NCBI GenBank assembly: GCA_049964715.1
Contig: JBMFXB010000007.1
Span: 4,698 to 68,697 of the forward strand
Length of the DNA stretch: 64,000 nt
From: Candidatus Dormibacteria bacterium
GTDB taxonomy: Bacteria; Chloroflexota; Dormibacteria; Aeolococcales; Aeolococcaceae
Reading direction: 5' to 3'
How positions within the stretch are numbered: position 1 is the first letter of the stretch; every line of letters begins with the position of its first letter. The notes beneath the pieces were generated by a model, which was not told the origin of the DNA, did not search any database, and was given only the letters and a program-made list of their open reading frames with translations. This document shows positions 16,973-27,794 of the stretch, piece after piece. Made by a program: the position numbers and the translations under genes.

Positions 16973-19506
16973 TCCGCACCCTCGATACGAAGTACTGGGT
17001 GACGAAGGATGGAAATGGCTGACGGAAGAATGCTGATGCAGGGAATGAGTAGTGCTGCAAGTACGAATGCGCCTGCAAGTGGGAGTGAAAAGGCAGGCGT
17101 GAAATGAAATGTGCCACTTCCTGCCATATCAAGCGTTGGTGGGAGTTCAATAGTTGCAAGAAGAACTCCCACTACTAGTCCAGCAAAACTGTATGTTATT
17201 GCCTCAGTAAGGAGAAACCCGGCAGTCTGGGTATTTGTCATGCCTATGACACGGAGAAGGCGAAGCGTTCGGGCGCTCTGGCGCGACGAACTACCCATGA
17301 TGGTCATGAAGGAGAGTACAGCTAGTAGTGCTATGACTCCTGTGAGTGGATACAACGGACCAAGAGTTGCATTGAGACCATGGAGAGTCGCAGCCACAAG
17401 TGTGGATGTTGGAACTGCTTTCATTCCGTAGTAGAGAGCAAGGGTATTGAGTTCAGAAGCAGGTCGTGAGCTTGTGATATCGAGATCTGAGAAGCCAGTA
17501 CCGTTTGCTCCAAGTACGTGGGCAGCTGTCACAGAGCCGATTAGTACACTTTCTGAACCTGCAACAGAAGGAAGGGTATGGGAGGCGATTGCAATGATGA
17601 GAAGGGGCTCATTGCCCTTGATGCCAGTAATCTGTAGCCGTTCGCCAACTTGCCAGTGGTACGTGTCTGCAAGCGAGACTGGGACGATCGCAGTATTGAG
17701 ACCTGCGAGCTCGTGTAGTGCAGCTGTATGGGACTCGGTGAGGATGTCAGGTACGGAAGTGTGGACATACTCTCCTGGGATGATGACCGAAACTGGCAGG
17801 CTGCGATGTGCAATGTCAGCAGTTGTAAGGAGAAGTGGCCGAACTGCTGTAATTCCAGGGAGGACAGCAATATCCTTTGCAATGGTTGAGGGTTGATTGA
17901 CTGAACTTGTGAAGAGTTCGTTTCCAGCAACGAGGCTTCCCACCCAGGTCTTGGCAGTCACGGCAGTACTGCCAGAAATGACAAGGAGGAGAAGTGTAAC
18001 TGCAAATCCTATGCCAATTCCTCCAGCAAGGAGACGGGACCGGGCTTGATTGTTGACGATGTTTCGCGTGGCAAGCGTTCCAAACCATGTAAATGACTGA
18101 AGCATGATGCCAATTCCAGCAGTTATGAGCGGCAGGACAAGTCGGAGGGCAGCAAGGGTTGCAAGTAGGAAGGACGTTGCAGCAAGGATGAGAAATGGTG
18201 CACTTTGTTCTTGGAGGAGTAGAAGGCCCCCGCCTGCAAGTACCAGGGTGAGTACCACAGCAGTTCCATAATGTGTTCTTGATCGGAGTGGGTCCCAGGA
18301 CTCATCGAGTAGTGTCAAGGGTGAGCGGCTCGTTAAACGGATGGTGGCTGCCCATGTGACTATGCTTGGTATGGCTATGCTTGCAAGCGCAATGAGAAGA
18401 AATTGATTCCATGGGATAACGAGCTGGAGAGGTACACCCTTCCAAGTCGAAGTAGACCCAACAATGGCACGTGCGCCTGCAAGTCCAACAAGCAGGCTCA
18501 GAATGCCTGCTGGGACTGCAATAACCAGTACAGCCCTGAGAAAGACACGTGCAACAAGTGACTGTGAGGATCCAGCAATGAGGAGAAGTGCAATATCACG
18601 GTGGAGCTCGATGACGCCCAGGATTGTGATGAGGAGAACAATTGCAAGTGCAATGCCTCCAGCGAGTATTGCAAACAGAATCAGCAACGACATAAAGGAT
18701 GTGAGTGCTGGCTCTTGGTACTGCGTTGGGTACACTGACACATGAGGAGTAGGGCGAAGACGGGAAACTTCAGCTGAGAATGAGGAAATAGATTCTCCAG
18801 GAGCAAGTGCTATGCCTGCAAATGGTGTTGCCATACCCGTTCCAAACCATGCCCGTACACTTCCTTGGGATACGAAAACTGCTGAAGGGGTGAAGCCAGG
18901 TCCCCCGGATGTGCCATCGGTGATTCCAGCAATCGTGAATTGCTGGAATCCTGAACCCGTAAGTAGGTACAATGTTGAACCGATATGCAGAGGATGGTGA
19001 GGATCTGGAGAGAGAGCAGTGAGGAGCCCACTATCAAGGGCTATATCCGAGGTGGACCTTGGAGAGGGAAGGTGTCCCTCCCGAAGGATAATCGGCCGGA
19101 GAGCAACACTATTGTCAGTGAATGCCACAATACTCACGATGGTTGAAGTACTGCTCGTGAGTGTTGGTCGGGCTACAACTGATTTGACGGAATATGGGGC
19201 TATGGCACGAACGCCATGGAGATGTGCAAGTTCGTCAATGAAGTTTGGAGAGAGCGAGTATCCTGCGCCTACATTGAGATCGAGTGTTGCTGTCCCTGCA
19301 GCTCGTTGCTGTTCGTTGTGCACACTTGTACTGAGTGAAGCAGCAACAGCACTTGTTGCTATGAGTGCAGCTGAGGCAAAGACGAGAGTGCAGAACAAGA
19401 ACACGGTTCTGAGAGGGTGGCTCCGTAGGAGCTGGCGAACGAGCTGAGTAGTGAGATGGATCATGGAAGGTTTTGAAGGGTTGGAGTTTGAAGCAGCTTT
19501 GGTCAC
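16969..19506 (-). CDS. FtsX/MacB-like ABC permease (two FtsX modules)
   Basis: 845 aa with two repeats of TM, large extracytoplasmic domain and 3 TM. RLLRVIGMT and LLLIAGSS coupling-helix patterns. Confidence 0.85.
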   Translation of the reverse strand: MTKAASNSNPSKPSMIHLTTQLVRQLLRSHPLRTVFLFCTLVFASAALIATSAVAASLSTSVHNEQQRAAGTATLDLNVGAGYSLSPNFIDELAHLHGVRAIAPYSVKSVVARPTLTSSTSTIVSIVAFTDNSVALRPIILREGHLPSPRSTSDIALDSGLLTALSPDPHHPLHIGSTLYLLTGSGFQQFTIAGITDGTSGGPGFTPSAVFVSQGSVRAWFGTGMATPFAGIALAPGESISSFSAEVSRLRPTPHVSVYPTQYQEPALTSFMSLLILFAILAGGIALAIVLLITILGVIELHRDIALLLIAGSSQSLVARVFLRAVLVIAVPAGILSLLVGLAGARAIVGSTSTWKGVPLQLVIPWNQFLLIALASIAIPSIVTWAATIRLTSRSPLTLLDESWDPLRSRTHYGTAVVLTLVLAGGGLLLLQEQSAPFLILAATSFLLATLAALRLVLPLITAGIGIMLQSFTWFGTLATRNIVNNQARSRLLAGGIGIGFAVTLLLLVISGSTAVTAKTWVGSLVAGNELFTSSVNQPSTIAKDIAVLPGITAVRPLLLTTADIAHRSLPVSVIIPGEYVHTSVPDILTESHTAALHELAGLNTAIVPVSLADTYHWQVGERLQITGIKGNEPLLIIAIASHTLPSVAGSESVLIGSVTAAHVLGANGTGFSDLDITSSRPASELNTLALYYGMKAVPTSTLVAATLHGLNATLGPLYPLTGVIALLAVLSFMTIMGSSSRQSARTLRLLRVIGMTNTQTAGFLLTEAITYSFAGLVVGVLLATIELPPTLDMAGSGTFHFTPAFSLPLAGAFVLAALLIPCISILPSAISILRHPVLRIEGAE

Positions 19507-20318
19507 AGATTGTGTGCAGAAAGATGTCGCACCAATGCATCAGTACTCGGAGGACTCTTTGGTGGTATATCTCGGTCACGAAGTTGGAGTTCTGAGATAA
19601 TGCTGCCGTCTCGCATGACGAGAACTCGGTTTGCATATGCAGCGACATGAGCAGCATGAGTGACGACAACAATTGTCTGTCCTGCCTCATGTTGGAGCCG
19701 TGTGAGGAGGGTCATCACATCGTGGGTTGTTGACCAGTCAAGGTTACCCGTTGGCTCATCTGCAAAAAGGAGCAGTGGTGCTGTGGAGAGTGCTCGTGCT
19801 ATGGCTACCCGCTGCTGCTCTCCCGTGGAAATTTCTTGAGGTCCGTGACCTTGAAGACCATGGAGGCCAAGTTGCTCCATGAGAGCATTGACACGGTCAT
19901 GTATAAGGTCTGGTGGAACAACTGACGGGGCTGCTTTGGCATGTTCTCGAGTGTGGATTTGGAGGGGAAGTGCAATATTTTCCGCTGCAGTGAGGCTTGG
20001 CAGCAAGTTGAAGTTCTGAAAGACAAAGCCGATGTTAGCATGTCGAAATGCTGCTCTTCGAGTTTCGGGCAAGGAAAAGAGAGACGTGCCGCCTATATGA
20101 ACATCTCCAGAATCTGGTTCCAGGAGTCCTGCAAGGAGATAGAGAAGTGTGCTCTTTCCTGCACCACTTGGGCCCATTATGGCAACGAACTCTCCCTTGG
20201 ATACGGAGAGGCTGCAGTCACTCACAATGGATCGGGGCGGAACAGTTACAGTATCTTGCTTCAGAAGCCCAGCTGCTGTAAGGATGGTCTCTATGTCTGG
20301 AGAAGGGGATGCAGTCAC
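19503..20318 (-). CDS. ABC ATP-binding protein, LolD/MacB family
   Basis: GPSGAGKST, IGFVFQNFNL, STGEQQRVAIARAL, ADEPTGNLD and VTH. Confidence 0.93.
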   Translation of the reverse strand: MTASPSPDIETILTAAGLLKQDTVTVPPRSIVSDCSLSVSKGEFVAIMGPSGAGKSTLLYLLAGLLEPDSGDVHIGGTSLFSLPETRRAAFRHANIGFVFQNFNLLPSLTAAENIALPLQIHTREHAKAAPSVVPPDLIHDRVNALMEQLGLHGLQGHGPQEISTGEQQRVAIARALSTAPLLLFADEPTGNLDWSTTHDVMTLLTRLQHEAGQTIVVVTHAAHVAAYANRVLVMRDGSIISELQLRDRDIPPKSPPSTDALVRHLSAHNL

Positions 20319-20341
20319 AATACGGTTAACTATACCGCCAC

Positions 20342-21484
20342 TCAGGAAGCAAGATAATTTGCAATCACGCCCTGGATGGTACCGGACAGAAGGTCCTCTG
20401 ATTCTTTTGGAGTTGGAAGAAGCACGAGTACAGTTCCCGAATTGGGAAGTATGGTAGGAGAAACGCTCGTCGTTGGCGAAATAACGATGGTCACGGGGGG
20501 GATGAGTTTAACTGTTGTTGTTGGGGGTGGTGTGGCTGTGGAGTGCTGTGTTGTAGAGGGAATCGGTGTTGGTTGCGTTACGTGCGTCGTGGGAGGAGGA
20601 GTTGCTGGTGGAGGAGTTGATGGTTGAGGAGTCGAGGGAGGAGGAGTTGCTGGTGGAGGAGTTGATGATTGCGCTTGAACGTTGGCAAACTCCACAGCGA
20701 ACATCCATGCAGAGTAGTACGTTGCGCCACCACTATAGGTCCAGGTAGATGATCCACTCGATTCTGCAGTCCCAACACCTATTTGGTTATAGCTTCCCAT
20801 GATGTTTGCATAGTGTTCTGGGCTATTCATGAACTGCTGGTTGATGTACGTGGCTGCATCTGAAGGCGAGTATGAGGGATCGGGTCCTGATGTAAATCCG
20901 ACAAAGCCTATATTCTCGCCTGCACCAAGATTTGTATTGATACCTGACTCCTGCATGATGACAAACACATACTGATCGCACGGAGGAATTGGATGCGAGA
21001 AGTATTCTCGCTGGATCATGTCGGCTGCACGGCCATCTACAGTAATGCCACATATTGCATGAGGTACATTGCCGCCAATTCCATCAAGGGTGGCATTTTC
21101 TGCAAGGGCTGGTTTTCCATTTGAAGTGCGATCCTGATTCGTGAGACTTATGAGAATGCTCGAAGCGGAAGGCTGCATTGTGTATGGGGTAGCATGGACT
21201 GTGCTCTCTGGAAGAGAGACCATTGCTGTTGCACCTGCGACAGCAAGCAGGCCTGCAAGGACAGACCATCTCTTGACCCATGGGTAGCGGGCGATCTTGT
21301 GCTGGGGAGCATTTGAGGGTGCTATGGCATTTTGTACTGCATGGTGCGTTCGAAGCACTGCATCCCACGACTGGGCACTTGCACCTGGGAAGTGTGTGCT
21401 GGATGCGCTGGAATGGTGGATGTCTCTCATGCTGTCAAGCCTTTTCCCCTCTGGTTCCGTACTTGTAGTATTGCAGCCTTTCAT
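20342..21484 (-). CDS. Secreted CAP/SCP domain protein with Pro/Thr-rich tail
   Basis: TM/signal segment, LTNQDR, GENIG, FMNSPEHYANI and IGVG. A C-terminal STPPPATPPP repeat region. Confidence 0.82.
   Translation of the reverse strand: MKGCNTTSTEPEGKRLDSMRDIHHSSASSTHFPGASAQSWDAVLRTHHAVQNAIAPSNAPQHKIARYPWVKRWSVLAGLLAVAGATAMVSLPESTVHATPYTMQPSASSILISLTNQDRTSNGKPALAENATLDGIGGNVPHAICGITVDGRAADMIQREYFSHPIPPCDQYVFVIMQESGINTNLGAGENIGFVGFTSGPDPSYSPSDAATYINQQFMNSPEHYANIMGSYNQIGVGTAESSGSSTWTYSGGATYYSAWMFAVEFANVQAQSSTPPPATPPPSTPQPSTPPPATPPPTTHVTQPTPIPSTTQHSTATPPPTTTVKLIPPVTIVISPTTSVSPTILPNSGTVLVLLPTPKESEDLLSGTIQGVIANYLAS
20591..20667. repeat. 32-bp direct repeat (45-bp period) within the CAP gene tail
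   Basis: GGGAGGAGGAGTTGCTGGTGGAGGAGTTGATG occurs at 20591-20622 and 20636-20667. It encodes the repeated STPPPATPPP. Confidence 0.85.
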
Positions 21485-21615
21485 GATTCGAACAACACGC
21501 AGGAGGAACAGTTTTGGTCACGTTACGTGAAATTGACACAGCTGTTGCGCATTGGCTATGGCGCGCAGGCCTTTAGCGATGTAGGCTCGTAGGAGAAGTC
21601 AATGGGAGGTAGTCC

Positions 21616-23340
21616 GTGTCCCTTTTGGATAGAGTTCAGCAAAAGTCGCAACAAGCAGCAGGGCAGCAGGGCGCCAATCCTGCTACTTCAGGTGTGCCTC
21701 CTGCTGCACCACAAGTTGCATCTCCGAATTCACCACCACCCCCACCACCCCCACCAGTACTTCCTCCAAAGCAACAAATCCCGCCAGTTCAGGGAGGGGC
21801 AGGTCTTCTCAGCAGGACACAGCCACCTCAGGCACCAGTGCAACAGGCACCTCCTCTAGCGCTAACAGCGACTCCTGTACAACAGTCTCTTCAGGCACCA
21901 CAAGATGAAGAAGAGGATGCTGGTGGTGCAGGATGGGGTGTACGGAAGTCTGCAGGCGATAGTACTGAAACCCCGCCCGCGCCCCAGCAAATGCGTCAGA
22001 CACTCCTCAGCAGAACTGGGGGGATTTCAACAGTCACTCAGCGGCAGAATGCAGCTGGAGCTTCCTTCCAGAACCTTCGGCAACTTGTGAAGCAACGTCT
22101 GGTTGGTGAAATGGCAGAGGAGGAGGATATTGCACTTCCGCCACATGTCATTCGACAAAGAATAGAGGAACTTGTTGGTGAGATTTCTATCGAGTTGAGC
22201 CTCAATCTCACGAGGATTGATCGTCAACGTGCTGTGGAAAGCATTGTTCAAGATGTTATCGGCTTCGGTCCTCTCGACAGTCTCATTGCAGATCCAGACA
22301 TTTCAGAAATAATGATCAATGGTCCAAAGCAGATTTATATTGAGCATGCTGGAAAGCTTGTCCTTTCGGAAGTACAGTTCGAAACCAATGAACAACTCAT
22401 GCAAGTCATTGACAAGATTGTCAGCAGTATTGGACGTCGTGTTGATGAGTCATCACCTATGGTAGATGCTCGTCTCAAGGATGGCTCCCGTGTAAATGTC
22501 ATCATTCCTCCACTTGCTCTCTGCGGTCCTACTATGACAATCCGAAAATTTGCGAAGGAACGATACCAGACGAACGATCTCATTCGATTCGGCTCTGTCA
22601 CGGATGACATGCTCACGTTTCTTCGGGCATGTGTTCGTGGACACCTCAACATGATTGTTAGTGGTGGTACTGGTTCTGGTAAGACGACAACACTCAACAT
22701 CCTGAGTGCCTTTATTCCGGATACTGAACGGATAGTAACCATCGAGGATGCTGCTGAACTTCAACTCCAGCAGGATCATGTCATTACGTTGGAGTCACGA
22801 CCTGCAAACGTGGAAGGAAAGGGAAGAATTGCCATTCGTGATCTCCTCATGAATGCTCTGCGCATGCGACCAGACCGTATTGTCGTTGGTGAGTGTCGTG
22901 GTGGAGAAGCTCTCGACATGCTCCAGGCCATGAATACTGGTCATGATGGCTCGATGACTACCATCCATGCGAACAATCCACATGACTGTATTGCGCGACT
23001 TGAGACTCTCGTGCTCATGGCTGGTGCGGAACTTCCTGCCCGAGCCATTAGGGAACAGATTGGCTCAGCTGTGCACATCATCACGCAGCAGTCTCGGCTT
23101 CGAGATGGCACCCGTAAGATGATCAGCATCACCGAGGTGCTCGGAAAGGTTGGTGACTCGGTGAAGACGCAGGAGATTTTCACGTTCAAGCAAACAGGCA
23201 TTGGCGAAGACGGCAAGGTTCTTGGGTACTTCACTCCTACTGGCAACATTCCCCGCATTCTCAGAAAACTCCGTGCTGAAGGCGAAGATATTCCAGAAGA
23301 GATCTTTGACCCGTCACGAGTTTCGAAACTGGCCTCGTAG
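21616..23340 (+). CDS. cpaF: Tad pilus assembly ATPase CpaF/TadA
   Basis: GGTGSGKTT, TIEDAAEL, RIVVGECRG and NTGHDGSMTTIHAN. A Pro/Gln-rich N-terminal extension; GTG start with a GGGAGG SD. Confidence 0.95.
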   Translation: MSLLDRVQQKSQQAAGQQGANPATSGVPPAAPQVASPNSPPPPPPPPVLPPKQQIPPVQGGAGLLSRTQPPQAPVQQAPPLALTATPVQQSLQAPQDEEEDAGGAGWGVRKSAGDSTETPPAPQQMRQTLLSRTGGISTVTQRQNAAGASFQNLRQLVKQRLVGEMAEEEDIALPPHVIRQRIEELVGEISIELSLNLTRIDRQRAVESIVQDVIGFGPLDSLIADPDISEIMINGPKQIYIEHAGKLVLSEVQFETNEQLMQVIDKIVSSIGRRVDESSPMVDARLKDGSRVNVIIPPLALCGPTMTIRKFAKERYQTNDLIRFGSVTDDMLTFLRACVRGHLNMIVSGGTGSGKTTTLNILSAFIPDTERIVTIEDAAELQLQQDHVITLESRPANVEGKGRIAIRDLLMNALRMRPDRIVVGECRGGEALDMLQAMNTGHDGSMTTIHANNPHDCIARLETLVLMAGAELPARAIREQIGSAVHIITQQSRLRDGTRKMISITEVLGKVGDSVKTQEIFTFKQTGIGEDGKVLGYFTPTGNIPRILRKLRAEGEDIPEEIFDPSRVSKLAS

Positions 23341-23449
23341 GGTTCGGTAACAGGAACGTATCGTCGTTGCTGGAGCATCACGGTGATGTGTTCGCATACC
23401 ATTGAATGAGGCGAACGGTAAGTCGCTTCGGTACGATGTTCCAATATGT

Positions 23450-23531
23450 GCGCGGATGGCGGAACTGGTAGACGCGCGAGACTTAGGATCTCGTGGGGCA
23501 ACTCGTCCGAGTTCGACTCTCGGTCCGCGCA
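23450..23531 (+). tRNA. tRNA-Leu(TAG)
   Basis: Acceptor GCGCGGA/TCCGCGC, anticodon arm CGAGA-CTTAGGA-TCTCG, long variable arm and GTTCGAC T-loop. CCA is not encoded. Confidence 0.95.
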
Positions 23532-23622
23532 GGTACATAACTGCACCTCAATCTCATTGAGAGCAGCAACAAGGTAGAAAACGGTGCGTTACATCCCGCA
23601 CCGGACACATGTGGGGAAGGAC

Positions 23623-24927
23623 ATGGAAACAGCAGAGCATGAGGTAACTGGAGAAGGCGTACAGGTTGAGCGACTTCCTGGGTCAAAGGTACGGTTGAGC
23701 GTTCATGTGGGTTCAGGTGAAGTTGCACATGCAGTTGATCATGCAACACGTGCCCTATCACGAAAAGTGAAGATTCCCGGGTTTCGTCCTGGAAAAGCAC
23801 CTGCTCCTGTCGTTGAACGTCATATTGGTTGGGAATCCATCCGGAGCGAGGCTGTAGAGCACCTTCTCAATGATGTGTTTCTTCGGGTTGTATCTGAACA
23901 GCAGATCGTGCCAGTTGGAGATCCCACAGTTGAATCCATGGGCACGCTTGAGAAGAACCAGGAATTGGATGTTGTACTGGTCGTGGCAGTTCGGCCTGAT
24001 GTGACCATTGATGGGTACGAGGCAATTCGAGTCGATGTTCCTTCGGACGAAGTGACTGACGAAGAAGTAGGCAGGGCACTCGAAGATGTACGCTCCCGAT
24101 TTGCTGAGACAACTGATGTCGATCGACCTGCCCAGGCAGGTGATGTCGTTGTAGTTAAGGCGGTCATGAAACGTGGCGACGAAATCGTCGGAGGCAGTGA
24201 CGAGCAGGAGCAGGAAATGCTTCTCGACAGGGAACGTCTCCTCGACGGCATGGTAGATGGAATTGTTGGTCTCAAGATTGGTGAATCACATACTTTTCCC
24301 GTGACCTTGCCTGACTCATATCCGACTGAGGAACTGCGGAATGTAACAGTCGATACGACAGTACAACTCGTGGGAGTGAAGGAGCGAACATTGCCCCCGC
24401 TCGATGATGCACTGGCAGTCAAGGATGGCCATGGAGAAACGCTGGAGGAGCTTCGTGCCCACTATCGTTCTGTCATTGAGAGCCAGAAGCACCAGCAAAA
24501 TCAGGATGCATTTGAGCAATCCGTGATTGAAGAGCTGGACAGCATTCTTAAGGTTGATCTTCCTGAGGTAATGGTGGAACTTGAACTTGACCAGTGGCTG
24601 TACGACACGGCAATGCGTTTCAGTCAGTTGGGAATTCCGTTCGAAAGGTATATGGAATATACCAATGCCACGCCTGAACAGTGGAAGAGTGAGCGTCGGG
24701 ATGAGGCTACCCAGCGAGTTCGGGTCCGGCTTGCCCTTGATGAGATTGCAAAGCGTGAAGGGGTTGAGCTTGATGAGTCAGCTGTGGAGGCAGAAGTCGT
24801 CAGACTCGCTGAGGGTCAGAAGGCAACAGCTCAGGATCTTGAAAGGCTGCGGCAAATGACTCGTCGGCAACTTCTCCGACAGGGTGCACTCAATCGCATG
24901 ATTGAAATTGCTCGTGGAGAGGAATAA
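23623..24927 (+). CDS. tig: Trigger factor
   Basis: Signature [10 protein letters not shown] and an FKBP-like middle domain. Canonical tRNA-Leu-tig-clpP-clpX context. Confidence 0.95.
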   Translation: METAEHEVTGEGVQVERLPGSKVRLSVHVGSGEVAHAVDHATRALSRKVKIPGFRPGKAPAPVVERHIGWESIRSEAVEHLLNDVFLRVVSEQQIVPVGDPTVESMGTLEKNQELDVVLVVAVRPDVTIDGYEAIRVDVPSDEVTDEEVGRALEDVRSRFAETTDVDRPAQAGDVVVVKAVMKRGDEIVGGSDEQEQEMLLDRERLLDGMVDGIVGLKIGESHTFPVTLPDSYPTEELRNVTVDTTVQLVGVKERTLPPLDDALAVKDGHGETLEELRAHYRSVIESQKHQQNQDAFEQSVIEELDSILKVDLPEVMVELELDQWLYDTAMRFSQLGIPFERYMEYTNATPEQWKSERRDEATQRVRVRLALDEIAKREGVELDESAVEAEVVRLAEGQKATAQDLERLRQMTRRQLLRQGALNRMIEIARGEE

Positions 24928-24967
24928 CTGGTACAACACCAAACAGCTGCTGAAGGAATCCGATACA

Positions 24968-25636
24968 ATGACTGCAATGAATACTCAGATCAACAACCTT
25001 ATCCCCATGGTTGTGGAATCAACCAACCGCGGCGAGCGTGCCTTTGATATCTATTCACGATTGTTGAAGGATCGCATCATCTTCATCGGAACTCCCATTG
25101 ATGACCAGGTAGCAAATGTGGTCATGGCCCAACTGCTCTTCCTTGAGGGCGAGGATCCTGAGAAGGACATAATGCTGTACATCAACTCGCCTGGGGGATC
25201 TGTGTATGCAGGTCTTGCAATCTACGACACGATGCAGTACGTGAAGCCTCGGGTTGGGACGATCTGCATGGGTCTTGCAGCATCCATGGCAGCCATTCTA
25301 CTTGCAGGTGGAGCAAAGGGCGTTAGGTACAGTCTTCCCAACGCACGCATCATGATTCACCAGCCATCAGGTGGTTTCCAGGGGCAGGCTACGGATATAG
25401 AAATACATGCTCAGGAGATTCTCCATATCCGGAAGCGCATCGACGAAATTCTTTCAGAGCATACAGGCAAGCCTGTAGAAGAGATTCACCGGGATTCTGA
25501 ACGTGACCACTTCCTCACTGCTGAGCAGGCGAAGGACTATGGTCTTATTGATCAGATCATCGTTGGCAAGTCACCTCTCCTTCCGACTGCGGATGTCAAA
25601 GCTTCTTCAGTCACTGGGAAGGACGGGAAAGAATAG
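24968..25636 (+). CDS. clpP: ATP-dependent Clp protease proteolytic subunit
   Basis: [22 protein letters not shown], catalytic GLAASM, MIHQP and RDHFL. Confidence 0.97.
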   Translation: MTAMNTQINNLIPMVVESTNRGERAFDIYSRLLKDRIIFIGTPIDDQVANVVMAQLLFLEGEDPEKDIMLYINSPGGSVYAGLAIYDTMQYVKPRVGTICMGLAASMAAILLAGGAKGVRYSLPNARIMIHQPSGGFQGQATDIEIHAQEILHIRKRIDEILSEHTGKPVEEIHRDSERDHFLTAEQAKDYGLIDQIIVGKSPLLPTADVKASSVTGKDGKE

Positions 25637-25803
25637 CCGTTTTACCTCTGATCATATGTGCCTCGGTGACTCTTCCTGTATGAGTTTTGCAGAGGTGCAG
25701 TTCATGGGTATGAAACAATTGCGTCGCCACCTATGATAGGGAGAGAGGGCGTATTACCATATAGAGAAAGATCAACTGCAGTTCGAACAGGTGAGGTGTC
25801 ACG

Positions 25804-27099
<1,296 letters not shown>

Positions 27100-27104
27100 G
27101 TCCC

Positions 27105-27740
27105 GTGAGTACGGAGCAGAGGAGGGATCGACGGGAACGTGTGGTGCGCTGGCTACGGATGCATGTCAGGGCTGTCATGCTTGTTGGAACTATCGTAATC
27201 GTGCTTGTAGTGTCAGGTGGATATGTACTGGCACTTCGGTCAGTTCCTGCAGCGTGCACATATCCTGCGCCAATTATTTCATTGCCAGTCTCCCTTCGTG
27301 CAGCAGGAGAACTTGAACAGCCCCTGCCACTGGTAAACGGGAATGTGGATGCAACAAGTGCGACTGAGGCTATTCAGACAATGTATCCGGATATTGCTGC
27401 ACCACTTGCACTCCCGGAAATTCGTGAACTACCTCTCCGGCAGTCAGCACCCCCTGTCATCGTTATTCCGTTCAGAAGTCAAGTAGGGACAAATCATGTA
27501 GAGGCAGTCTTGGTGTTTGCAGTGAGTTGCAGTAATGAAGCGTACTTCAGTACTGCAGAAAACTGGCAGCGAGGACCGAATGCAAAGTCTCCTCCAGTCT
27601 CTTCGTACATTCAGGTGTCTGCGCAGCAAGCAAAGGATCTGCTTCACGTATCATCGCCGTTGAGACTCGTGTACAGGAATAATCCGCTCAACCCACTCTG
27701 GGAAGATCCACGTACAGGGATGAGAACGAGCGCACGATAG
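27105..27740 (+). CDS. Hypothetical membrane-anchored/secreted protein
   Basis: GTG start 5 nt after clpX. A basic N-terminus, one TM segment and a soluble domain with two Cys. Confidence 0.65.
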   Translation: MSTEQRRDRRERVVRWLRMHVRAVMLVGTIVIVLVVSGGYVLALRSVPAACTYPAPIISLPVSLRAAGELEQPLPLVNGNVDATSATEAIQTMYPDIAAPLALPEIRELPLRQSAPPVIVIPFRSQVGTNHVEAVLVFAVSCSNEAYFSTAENWQRGPNAKSPPVSSYIQVSAQQAKDLLHVSSPLRLVYRNNPLNPLWEDPRTGMRTSAR

Positions 27741-27794
27741 ATCAATGCATGGAACGGCACAGGATGCAGGCCGTTGCTCTGTATACTCGGACGT

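Noticed and set aside
20591-20667. 32-bp direct repeat as a mini-CRISPR or att site
   Set aside because: There are only two copies, at an in-frame 45-bp period inside the CAP gene, encoding a Pro/Thr linker.
27741-27794. T-box leader for valS
   Set aside because: Only 54 bp separate valS from the upstream gene, and there is no T-box consensus.
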